A stretch of 63,974 nucleotides of DNA, the filler included, from Octopus bimaculoides (lineage: Eukaryota): the NCBI RefSeq assembly GCF_001194135.2. It is 7 parts of 6 records of this genome, joined end to end, with 100 filler letters (N's around TTAATTAATTAA, not from the genome) between each part and the next. Parts side by side here need not be neighbours in the genome. Positions count along the whole stretch, not along the records: positions 8,925 to 25,915 come from NC_068984.1; 6 more parts are not named here. The stretch is one strand, 5' to 3'. Of this stretch, positions 13,111-23,614 are shown one piece after another; the stretch's first letter is position 1, and every line of letters starts with the position of its first letter. Below the pieces are notes generated by a model, which saw only the letters and a list, made by a program, of their open reading frames with translations, ran no database searches and was not told the origin of the DNA. The translations under genes and the position numbers were made by a program.

Positions 13111-14340
13111 GCCGAGTAATGTTATCTTAAAATAGAACCTAGTGTCTTTCTTCTGCTATAGACCCGGGTTGACCGATGCAATCAATCAATAAGTCAAGCT
13201 CAGTCAAGCTCAGCCGAGCTCAGTCAAACTAGTCCTCTGCACTTAGAGTCACCTGTGTGAATGTACGATATCAGGCTTCCTAGTAGCAAAGGTTTTCCGT
13301 CTTAATATCATTACAACTAAGCGGCGATATCTAAGAACTTCATATTGCCCTCCTAAATATTCTGCATACACAAAGATAAAGACTCTCTCTACACCTCATC
13401 CACATTCAGCCAAACTCACATACACAAAGTTACAATAAAAATAAACACTCTACACATGTACATCCGCACATATTTTCGACTGCAATAAAACACACACACA
13501 AACACTCACCCACACACACACACACATGCACATACACACGTACATACGCATACACGCACCAACAAACTGACGCATACCCAATTGACACACATCTATAAAC
13601 CTAAAGTGTTTATATATAAACTCTTCTAGTGTTCCTGGACTTAAGCAAGCTTTCGTGACCTTAATGTGTTAGTTTGGGATAAACAGTGATGTAGAAGTAT
13701 TCTTTTCTGCTGCCTTGTTTATCTGCTGTGGAAACACACATTTGTGACCTTTGCAAATACATTTGCCAATAAACTGTTGTTTGTTAAAATGAAGAAATGT
13801 AAATTCTGCCGTTTGAATTTAGAAATTTCAAACAAATTAAAAGCTTTAACCGCAAATTAACAATAAATTAACAACAAAACAATTCTAAAATTACAATAAC
13901 AATACAATGAACACAGCAACAACGCTATTATGGCTGCTGTAACCACAACTGCGACAACTATGTCTTTTCTCACTTTGAAGATGGTATATTGTGGTTTGGA
14001 GGATATGAAAACATGCGAAACAAGTAAAAGGGTGGCATGCGAGTCATCTCGCAGGACGCCAGGCCTATATAGTGTAAAATAACAATGCCGAATGTAGATA
14101 GAATTTGTAATTTTCCGAACGGAATTCCGAAAGGATCTGACCTTTTTTTTTCATTCTATTTAATCTATATCTACACGACCTGCATCTTCACAAAATACAT
14201 AAAGTAGCCAACGAGACTCCGACAAATCACACAGTATCATCCGTAAGAAAAAAAAGTGGGAAAGGATCCATTGGATGATGTAATAAAACACGTCTAAAAA
14301 GGCGGGTTGGCCACGGATGAAATCCCTTTTATCATATATC

Positions 14341-14712
14341 TGCAATGGTCCAGTGGTTAGGGCAGCGGACTCGCGGTTTCAATTCCCAGACCAGGCGTTG
14401 TGTGTGTTTATTGAGCGAAAACACCTAAAGCTCCACGAGGCTCCGGCAGGAGATGGTGGCGAACTCTGCTGTACTCTTTCACCACAACTTTCTCTCACTC
14501 TTATTTCCTGTTTCTGTTGTGCCTGTAATTCAAAGGATCAGCCTTGTCACACTGTGTCACGCTGAATATCCCCGAGAACTACGTTAAGGGTACACGTGTC
14601 TGTGGAGTGCTCAGCCACTTGCACGTTAATTTCACGAGCAGGCTGTTCAGTTGATCAGATCAACTGGAACCCTCGACGTCGTAAGCGACGGAGTGCCAAC
14701 AACAACAACATA
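14341..14712 (+). mobile_element. SINE family R, near full length, (AAC)n tail
   Basis: tRNA-like head GCAATGGTCCAGTGGTTAGGGCAGCGGACTCGCGG, ~370-bp body, tail GCGACGGAGTGCCAACAACAAC; the same tail recurs at ~58350-58395. Confidence 0.85.
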
Positions 14713-15015
14713 TATCTGCTCTATTATTGGCTAAACACGTCAACATACTGACAAGTATGCTACAAAGAAGCATATTAATATAACAAATAACATATTTCCA
14801 CGTCCCAAAAGCGGCAAGCTTGCGGCATCGTAACACGTCGGGCAAAATGCTTAGTGGCACTGGGGTTGATGTAATCGATTTACTCTCTACCTCGAAACTC
14901 TTGGCTTTTCACCAAAACAAAAAAATAATAAAATGAAAAACACAACAGCTAAGTTTGTCGACGATGCTACAGACGTTGTTTCGCAGCGAATCCTAAGCCA
15001 CCCACCGCCTAGAAT

Positions 15016-15225
15016 AGTGGAGGCGCGTGAGAGAGTGGTTAAGGTGTTGGACTCGTGAATGTAAGATTGTGATTTCGATTCTTGGACCGGGCGCTGCGTT
15101 GTGTCCTTGAGCAAAACACTTCATTTCACATTGCTCCAGTTCACTTAGCTGGCAAAAATCAGTAATTCTGCGACGGACCGGTGTCCCGTCCAGGTGGGGA
15201 ACACATACACCATGAAACCCTTATT
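15016..15225 (+). mobile_element. tRNA-derived SINE, family V (V-SINE-like 3' part)
   Basis: Head GGAGGCGCGTG...GTGGTTAAGGTGTTGGACTC...TTCGATTC, CORE-like GTGTCCTTGAGCAAAACACTT, then CTGCGACGGACCGGTGTCCCGTCCAGG resembling the V domain (from memory). Confidence 0.7.
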
Positions 15226-15490
15226 AGTCAGCATGACTAGAGAACGTGACTTTACCTTTATCACCACCTAGAATGCGGAGCCAAATGAACTAAAACTAGC
15301 ATCTAGCAATTCTCACTTTTCTCTCCAGCAACAAGAAATATTAGAAACAACCAACTTTCAAACTAGCCATTTAGGACGGAGCCGCTATCACACACACCAA
15401 AACATCCAAGACGGCATCAAGAGAGAGGCCACAAAACAGATTGGCATAAAGTCACTCACAGTTATACTCCATCCTCTCGTCTGCAGACGT

Positions 15491-15542
<52 letters not shown>

Positions 15543-15624
15543 ATATATATTTTCTCAGCTCTCCTGGAAAAAGAATTTCTAACTTCCGGTCAGCCATTGT
15601 TATGATCAGCCATTATTATGATTG

Positions 15625-15808
15625 ACCGTTGACTGGACACTATTCAATTTTTTTTCTCCGTGTTTTTCTCCTTGTCTCCGTATTCTTTCTGTTGAAGAGT
15701 GTAGCTCGAAACGTCAAAGACTTTCCGCATTCCCGAGCGTCATACTAATACATCCTTTTGTTATTTACACCACCTGTCCTCGTCTGTCGTTGTTTTTTCG
15801 TATATTCT
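15625..15808 (+). mobile_element. Penelope-like element terminal fragment
   Basis: TGAAGAG...CTCGAAACGTCAAAGACTTTCC...CGTCATACTAATACATC, homologous to the minus-strand copy at 57105-57250. This motif type is typical of PLE terminal repeats. Confidence 0.65.
15684..15720 (+). ncRNA. Minimal type I hammerhead-ribozyme-like motif (variant core)
   Basis: Stem I UCUUU/AAAGA; core CUGUUGA plus an extra A; stem II GAGU/GCUC; GAA; palindromic ACGU stem III; GUC triplet ending at 15715. Confidence 0.6.
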
Positions 15809-16164
15809 NNNNNNNNNNNNNNNNNNNNNNNNNNNNNNNNNNNNNNNNNNNNNNNNNNNNNNNNNNNNNNNNNNNNNNNNNNNNNNNNNNNNNNNNNNNN
15901 NNNNNNTATATATATATATACATACATTTATATATGTATGTATGTATGTTTTCGTGTCTGTTCCCCCACCATCACTTGTGCTTCAACATGGTCGCAATCA
16001 AATGACTGAAACAAGTAAAAGGAGATATATATATACATACATATATATGTGGGACTGAACCCGGAACCATGTGGTTGAGAAGTAAGCTTCTTACCACACA
16101 GCCACTTCTACGCCTATATATATATATTTCTATTAATTTATCCATCATTCTCCCTTTTTTTCTA

Positions 16165-16380
16165 AAGGTGGCGAGCTGGCAGAATCATTAGCGCACCGGA
16201 CGAAGTACTTAGCGGTATCTCGCGCATCCCTACGTTTTGTGTTCAAATTCCGCCGAGGTCGTTTTGCCTTTTATCCTTTCTGGGTAGATAAATCAAGTAC
16301 CAGTGAAACACTGGTGTCGATGTAATCGACTTATCCCCTCCCCCAAAATGACTGCCCTTGTAGTAAAAAATTTTAAACCA
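16165..16380 (+). mobile_element. SINE family M
   Basis: GGCGAGCTGGCAGAATCATTAGC...GTTCAAATTCCGCCGAGGTCG...CCTTTTATCCTTTCTGGGTAGATAAA. Confidence 0.9.
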
Positions 16381-16382
16381 TT

Positions 16383-16432
<50 letters not shown>

Positions 16433-16478
16433 TCCCCTCTCTTTCTCCGTCTCTTTACTCTCCCACCTCTCTCGACCT

Positions 16479-16519
<41 letters not shown>

Positions 16520-16846
16520 TTTTTCTACATGTTCCCCGATGGTCTCTAATTGGAGCTGGTTCGTCTCGTTCCATCTCCCCATACTGTCACTCAATATACC
16601 TCTTTCTCTCCTCTTATCTCCCATGTTGAGTGAAACCCACAGATCACACACTAAACGCCACGCTCAATCCTTCTCCTCTATAACGCCGGCCTATTAGAAT
16701 CCCACCGCTGCCCATATCTTGCCTGCAATCGGCGACGTGCAGGCAACATTCAAGTGGAATGTTAACAGCTTGAATATCACCGGGGCAGGAAAAGGATCTG
16801 TTAAACCCGCTGGCACTGTCCCTTCCTTCAGGCCTAACAAATACAA

Positions 16847-16914
<68 letters not shown>

Positions 16915-17449
16915 AGACAGACAGACAGACAAACAGAGACAAGCAAACAGAGACAGGCAAACAGAGACAGAGAGAGACACAGACAGAGAGAGACAGAAAA
17001 AGAGATAAAAAGAGAGAGTGAGAGAGAGAGAAAGAGAGAGAACGGAATCTACTTAGACTTGCATACGACGACTCTACAGTTTTCAAAATACACGTTTCGA
17101 ACACTCAAGAGTAACACATCAAGCCTGTTCTTTTTACTTCGTCTGTTCTCTCCACAAGTAAAAAAAGACACAAAATATTTAAGTAATGCATGTAACAAAT
17201 ACACACCTGCACCTTGACCATACCCAAAAAAACACACCAACAACACAATAAAATTAAAGTCATTAAAACTGAACACCACTTTGACATGCCTCTGGCATTT
17301 TTTACTGTTACAGCAAACTACAACCTTCATAATTAATTTTACATGGTACATATACTTAATAGCTGGGAATGCAACAGCATTGCCTTGTCAGTAATTAAAT
17401 ATACGTAGCAGTTATCAGGAAGGTGTTTAATATCCTTATTAATCTATCC

Positions 17450-18520
17450 CAATGCTTTTCAACCGTTTTGCTGGAGCGGAACCCCAAGGAAACATTCCAC
17501 TGGCTCGAGGAACACCTGTGCAATAATTTAATTGTCGATGCAAAAAACAGCATTTAATTAATGAAATGAAAATACTCATGTTCAGATTTATTTACAATAA
17601 AAACACTAACTGTAAAAAAAATTGTCACGTACATATGCAATTTTATTCTTGCATCTACAGTTATTATTAAAACATGTATTCAAAAAACTTTAGTTTGAAT
17701 AGATTACATTTATTCTCATCAAAAACGCAATGAGAAACTTGAGCCTGATGTTTCTTGCACAACTCTTTAAGATTTGGTCGTGTTTTTGATCGACACACAC
17801 GAAGTTCATCTTCCACAGACGGCAATTGTGCTCGCTTCTTCTGCTTGATGGTTGTCAGGGCTGAAAATCCAAATTCACACACGTAGGAGGTTGAAAACTG
17901 CACAAGAGGTCGCAGCGCTTTCTGGGCAATTGCAGGATATTCCTTTTCAACCAGCAACCAAAATGCATTCAGGTTAAGCTCAGAATGCTTCAACTTTAAT
18001 GTTCTGTCATTTAAAATACTGGCAAGTTCTTCTTCTGTTGATGTGAACTGTTCTTCAAATGGCTCAAATTCCACAAATGGGTTTCTAATCCAGTCATACT
18101 GGTCAACAAATATCGATGGAAAATATTTGTCAAGATTTGTTAGCAAAGTGTGCAAATGGTTCAAAATCAGTAGCGCAATTTCTTGACAATTCCTTTTAAA
18201 AACACTAGGAAACATTTCCAAATTTCCTGCAGCTATGCGTTTCTTCCATAATGCTAATTTCTTCTGGAAAGCATTTATTTTGTCAGTAGAAGACAGGATA
18301 TTTTCCTTCCTGCCCTGCATGCCATTGTTCAAGAGGTTTAGCTCATGAAATATATCGGCAAGATATGCTAACTTGGAACACCAATGGTCATCACTCAAAC
18401 ATTCTACAAAGTCTTTCAGGTTTTTTTTGCAAACAAAAGGTCAATAACTCTTCTCTTAATTCGTAAAAATGAGACAATACTTTTCCCCTTAACAACCATC
18501 GTATTTCGTAGTGCTGGATT
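17450..18520 (-). mobile_element. hAT DNA transposon, Buster/Charlie group, 3' half
   Basis: Terminus CAATGCTTTTCAACC at 17450 (typical form CAGTGTTTTTCAACC), flanked by ATCTATCC, which fits the nnnTAnnn Buster target pattern. The minus strand reads HYEIRWLLRGKVLSHFYELREE near 18510-18450, equivalent to the conserved HTEVRWLSRG motif. No opposite terminus found. Confidence 0.9.
17667..18398 (-). pseudogene. hAT transposase C-terminal fragment (ZBED5/ZBED8/FAM200-like family, includes dimerization domain)
   Basis: Motifs KLAYLADIF, WIRNPF, FWLLVEKEYP, FSTSYVCEFGFS and QAQVSH. The N-terminal half is missing and the upstream part is frameshifted. Confidence 0.92.
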
Positions 18521-18660
18521 AAGGTGGAAATTGTCTGCTTAAGGTGGAAATTGTCTACTTAAGGTGGAAATTGTCTGCTTAAGGTGGAAATTGTCTGCTT
18601 AAGGTGGAAATTGTCTGTTTAAGGTGGAAATTGTCTGCTTAAGGTGGAAATTTTCTGCTT
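18521..18660. repeat. 20-bp minisatellite x7 (AAGGTGGAAATTGTCTGCTT)
   Basis: Seven contiguous units, three with single substitutions; no spacers. Confidence 0.97.
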
Positions 18661-18883
18661 ACGGTAGAACTGACTTCAGTCCGGTTTTATGTTGAAGAAC
18701 TGGGGATGAGCCATTGCTCACCTGTTGATTATAACAGCTATATTATGGATGGGCGGAGGACTTGCTCCGTTATCCAGTGAAGGTTGGAGATGTTTGACTT
18801 TTAAAAATATTTAATTTGTAATGTGCTATTTTGTTTTTTGATAAATCTTTTAAGTTTGAGCTATAAGTTTCTTTTTTTGAGAA

Positions 18884-18977
18884 ATATTGAATCTGTAATG
18901 TGCATATTGAATCTGTAATGTGAATATAATATTGAATCTGCAATGTGCATATTGAATCTGTAATGTGCATATTGAAT
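18884..18977. repeat. 20-bp minisatellite x~4.5 (ATATTGAATCTGTAATGTGC)
   Basis: Four units plus a partial unit, with one 5-bp insertion. Confidence 0.93.
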
Positions 18978-19617
18978 GCTTAAAACTACAAAATACGTGT
19001 TGTTTACTCGTTTTTTATCATTGGGGTGGTTGTGAGGTGTGCTACAAATAACAACTGAATAGGCCTTAAATCACGCAACCCCCCCCCCACAATTTTTGAG
19101 GGAGTGCATAATCGTTGATGTCTCGCATGTAGAATGCAAATTCGTGAAAATTTTCTGAAAACTCCAAAAACTAAAAAAAAGTAATGAAGGGTTATATGTT
19201 GTGCGTAATTCGTTTGTTTACGGTTTCATATTAAAACACAAGTGCTATTTTCAGGATGTTGACAAAATGTGTAGTCACACACAAAATGACAGCTTCTAAA
19301 TCCTGCTTCCTGACTGGGTGAAAATGATCAAACTTTAAGCTTCTATAACTGTTTTATCTTAGGTATTTCTGGAAAATGTGAAATAACACCAGCAATTCAG
19401 CTTGGAAATCTACATTAACGGACCAAATTTTTTAATTTTCAATAAACATTGCTTTATGAAATCTTGGCAGCCAAACAGAAAAGGTGACTGAAATGGTTCT
19501 TTCAGTTAACTGAATTACCCTGTAAATCATCACCATTATCAACAACAACAAAAGCAATAATAAAAATAACGAATTTCAAAGTTTTATTTATTTATTTATT
19601 TATTCTAATATTAGGAA

Positions 19618-19724
19618 TGAAATTACCGGGAGTGAAATTGACTGGCAGCTAAATTACCAGAGGTCAAATTATCGGAGCCAAAATACCGGAAGTGAAATTA
19701 CCAGGAGTCAATTTACCTAGAACC
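19618..19724. repeat. Degenerate ~15-bp tandem array x7 (consensus near TGAAATTACCGGGAG)
   Basis: AAATTACC-like cores recur every 14-17 bp. Confidence 0.8.
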
Positions 19725-19844
19725 ATACATACCAGCTTTGATAGCATTTGTTACATAGACGTACTTGTTTACGCAACGTCGTAACTTAAATTGCTGGCTC
19801 TGAATTGTATAGAAAATCTTTAGAGGTAACCTTCAAAAGTAATT

Positions 19845-20056
19845 CTTTATACTATAGGCTCAGTGCCTTAAATTTTGCATGAAGGGGCTGGTCGATTACA
19901 TCGACCCCACTGCTCAACAGATATTTATTTTATCAACCCCGAAAGGAGGAAAGGCAAAGTCAGCATTGGTGGAAATTGAATCCAGAACATAAAACCAGAA
20001 AAAATGCTGCTGGGCATTTTGTTCGACGTGCTAACAATTATGCCGTCTTACTGCCT
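19845..20056 (-). mobile_element. SINE family M, older copy
   Basis: GTCGATTACATCGACCCCA...TTTATCAACCCCGAAAGGAGGAAAGGCAAAGTC...GTGCTAACAATTATGCC. Confidence 0.85.
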
Positions 20057-20085
20057 TTCAGTCTCTGCGTAATATTTGTATCAAG

Positions 20086-20353
20086 TAAGGCGGCGAGCTG
20101 GCAGAAACGTTAGCACGCCGGGCGAAATGCTTAGCGGTATTTCGTCTGCCACTGCGTTCTGAGTTCAAATTCCGCCGAGGTCGACTTTACCTTTCATCCT
20201 TTCGGGGTCGATAAATTAAGTACACCAGTTACGCACTGGGGTTGATGTAATCGACTTAATCCCTCTGTCTGTCTTTGTTTGTCCCCTCTATGTTTAGCCC
20301 CTCGTGAGCAATAAAGAAATAAGAAACGCTAGCACGTCGGGCGAAATGCTTAG
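20086..20353 (+). mobile_element. SINE family M, dimeric form (runs into gap)
   Basis: Full monomer, then GCAATAAAGAAATAAGAAACGCTAGCACG starts a headless second monomer. Confidence 0.92.
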
Positions 20354-20984
20354 NNNNNNNNNNNNNNNNNNNNNNNNNNNNNNNNNNNNNNNNNNNNNNN
20401 NNNNNNNNNNNNNNNNNNNNNNNNNNNNNNNNNNNNNNNNNNNNNNNNNNNNNNNNNNNNNNNNNNNNNNNNNNNNNNNNNNNNNNNNNNNNNNNNNNNN
20501 NNNNNNNNNNNNNNNNNNNNNNNNNNNNNNNNNNNNNNNNNNNNNNNNNNNNNNNNNNNNNNNNNNNNNNNNNNNNNNNNNNNNNNNNNNNNNNNNNNNN
20601 NNNNNNNNNNNNNNNNNNNNNNNNNNNNNNNNNNNNNNNNNNNNNNNNNNNNNNNNNNNNNNNNNNNNNNNNNNNNNNNNNNNNNNNNNNNNNNNNNNNN
20701 NNNNNNNNNNNNNNNNNNNNNNNNNNNNNNNNNNNNNNNNNNNNNNNNNNNNNNNNNNNNNNNNNNNNNNNNNNNNNNNNNNNNNNNNNNNNNNNNNNNN
20801 NNNNNNNNNNNNNNNNNNNNNNNNNNNNNNNNNNNNNNNNNNNNNNNNNNNNNNNNNNNNNNNNNNNNNNNNNNNNNNNNNNNNNNNNNNNNNNNNNNNN
20901 NNNNNNNNNNNNNNNNNNNNNNNNNNNNNNNNNNNNNNNNNNGTGTGTGTGTATGTGTGTCTTTGTGTCTGAGTTTGACTCCCA

Positions 20985-21339
20985 CTGGTACTCAATTTAT
21001 CGACTCCAAAAGGATGAAAGGCAAAGTCGACCTCGGCGGAATTTGAACTCAGAACGTAAAGACAGACGAAATACGCAAAGCATTTCGCCCAACGTGCTAG
21101 CGTTTCTTATTTCTTTATTGCCCACAAGGGGCTAAACATAGAGGGGATAAACAAGGACAGACAAAGGGATTAAGTCGATCACATCGACCCCAGTGCGTAA
21201 CTGGTACTTAATTTATCGACCCCGAAAGGATGAAAGGCAAAGTCGACCTCGGCGGAATTTGAACTCAGAACGTAACAGCAGACGAAATACCGCTAAGCAT
21301 TTCGCCCGGCGTGCTAACGTTTCTGCCATCTCGCCGCTT
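20985..21339 (-). mobile_element. SINE family M, dimeric form
   Basis: Two M bodies in tandem with the same junction as the 20086 copy. Confidence 0.92.
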
Positions 21340-22149
21340 TATGCTACATAAATATTGCCATTTCTCTTTCTCTTTTGCTATGATCAGATCTGGTGTGGAA
21401 TAGGATTTATCAGGATTCAAATGCTCATATTTCGCTGTATGCCACAGTAGCACCTTTGCGTCTCCATCAGAAGTCGAGTGCTCAAGGCTATATTTATAGT
21501 TTGACAAACATAAAAAAAAAATTTCTGAAGAACGTCAGAAAATCGTGTTAACACACGATAGAAAAATCATTACAAATTTCTTTTCTGAAGAGCGACAAAA
21601 AATCGCGTAAACACACGATAGAAAAAAGCAGCATAAACTCGGTCAAACAACAGGCTTATGAAGTCAGAAATAAAGTGAAAGAATAATTCAGTTCATTTTG
21701 TCGAATTAAGTTAAGTTTATGTTACATAAATATTGCTTTCGTATTTTTATGAGTGTTCATGACAAAAAGAAAAAAACTGACGCATTTTCATTTCACAAAA
21801 GCAAATAACTTTCATGAGTATACTAGCCTGAGAATCGCATTTTTAAAGTTTAAAACATTAAATCAAATCATTCCTGCGGAAATTGCAAATCATTGTAGAT
21901 TTTATAACAATTGTCTGTGGACAAAACTTCCATCATGAATATAAATATACAATGAATTTGTTTGTGTGAGTGTGTATGTGTGTGGGGGAAGGGTATATGT
22001 GCATGTATGTACATATAAAAATAAATGTCTCCTTCTCGATCCATGCTCAAAAGGGCCAGTTTCCCGGTTTCAGGGACGGGACGCGGATCAGTCGTAGGAT
22101 AACTCGTTTTTGCCAGCTGAGCAGATTGGAGCAACGTGAAATGAAGTGT

Positions 22150-22363
22150 TTTACTCTTTTACTCTTTTACTTGTTTCAGTCATTTGACTGTGGCCATGCT
22201 GGAGCACCGCCTTTAGTCGAGCAAATCGATCCCAGGAGTTATTATTTGTAAGCCTAGTATTTATTCTATCGGTCTCTTTTTGCTGAACCGCTAAGTTACG
22301 GGGACGTAAACACACCAGCATCAGTTGTCAAGCGATCTTAGGGGGACAAACACAGACACACAA

Positions 22364-22406
<43 letters not shown>

Positions 22407-22420
22407 TATGACTGGCTTCT
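22150..22420 (-). mobile_element. SINE family C, long 3' extension with internal (CA)/(TA) tract
   Basis: TTTTACTTGTTTCAGTCATTTGACTGTGGCCATGCTGGAGCACCGCC...TATCGGTCTCTTTT...GGGGACAAACACAGACACACA; homologous to the copies at 24770, 47455/48755 and 56815. Confidence 0.85.
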
Positions 22421-22571
22421 NNNNNNNNNNNNNNNNNNNNNNNNNNNNNNNNNNNNNNNNNNNNNNNNNNNNNNNNNNNNNNNNNNNNNNNNNNNNNNNN
22501 NNNNNNNNNNNNNNNNNNNNNNNNNNNNNNNNNNNNNNNNNNNNNNNNNNNNNNNNNNNNNNNNNNNNNNN

Positions 22572-22619
<48 letters not shown>

Positions 22620-22620
22620 A

Positions 22621-23487
22621 TACAAAGGATCACCCAAAAGAAACTGGAATTTTACAATATTATTTTATTCACTTAGTTTTACATGTTTACACTTTTATCG
22701 CCTTCAAAGTATTCTCCATCTCAAACATTGTATCGATCCAGACGCGTTTCCCACTGAGTGAAGCAGTGCTGGAACCCTTGCAAAGTGTTGCTTTTTAACG
22801 CCTCCCTTATTCTTTTTCTTCACCACTTCCACATCTGCAAATTTCGTAGCACCAGCTTCCGTTACTAGTGATGACCTTCCAAAAAAAGGTCCGGATTATC
22901 TTCCAACTGTTCAGTCGTTACTCCTTTTGATCTTCCGTGAGCAAGCAAGACACAAATTTTGCTGCAAGTCTTTTCATTTACAACTCCTCGCTCACTATTC
23001 GTTGGCAGGAGCTCCAGGACACACCAGTCATATCAACAAGTTCAGCAATTGTTCGACGACGGCCCTCCAAGATCAGTCCATGAATTTTCAGGATGTTTCC
23101 ATTCGTTGAGGAAGTCGACGGTCACCCTAAACGAGGTTGGTCGTCAAGCGATAAGTGACAATTCTTAAAGCGTGAAAACCACTCGTAAACTTGTGTTTTG
23201 CGCATGGCAGCGTCTTTGTAAGCTGTTTGAAGCATGACAACTGTCAGAAAACAGAATTTCACGGAAGCACGCTGTTCCTTCGTTTCGGCCATCGCAAAAA
23301 TCGGCGAACAGGGGAGTAGTCCTGCAAAACAAAGACGCACCACGTGGCAATATAACTTCATAGGATAACGCCGGTCGGCAGACTGATGCCTGAGCGTCGT
23401 ATCAAGTGGTTTTTAGCGGCAGAAGCCTGAACTACAATGGGCTTGGCTCACAGAGATCGTTTCCGGTTACTTTTGGGTACACTCCTC

Positions 23488-23490
<3 letters not shown>
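22621..23490 (-). mobile_element. Mariner transposon, internally deleted, both TIRs retained
   Basis: Left end TACAAAGGATCACCCAAAAGAAACTGGAA matches the right-end reverse complement TATGAGGAGTGTACCCAAAAGTAACCGGAA; both ends are TA-flanked. The minus strand encodes the mariner N-terminus (EQRASVKFCF...VYEWFSRFK...DQPRLGRPSTS). No intact catalytic core is visible. Confidence 0.9.
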
Positions 23491-23518
<28 letters not shown>

Positions 23519-23539
23519 TATATATAAATATATATATAA

Positions 23540-23614
<75 letters not shown>

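Noticed and set aside
14341-14400. tRNA genes at SINE heads (also 10487, 15016, 58790, 62672)
   Set aside because: No complete cloverleaf; each continues into a repeated SINE body.
17667-18398. Domesticated ZBED5/ZBED8/FAM200 gene
   Set aside because: A transposon terminus is present, the upstream part is frameshifted and truncated, and the normal stop is lost.
18521-18660. 20-bp array as a CRISPR locus
   Set aside because: Units are contiguous with no spacers, there are no cas genes, and the context is eukaryotic.
21265-21507. 80-aa ORF with an SDGDAK motif reminiscent of Mutator-like transposases
   Set aside because: A single short motif, and the ORF runs into SINE sequence.
21523-21550. 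CTGAAGA...GAAA as another hammerhead
   Set aside because: No stem II pairing and no stem I complement; the second unit lacks GAAA.
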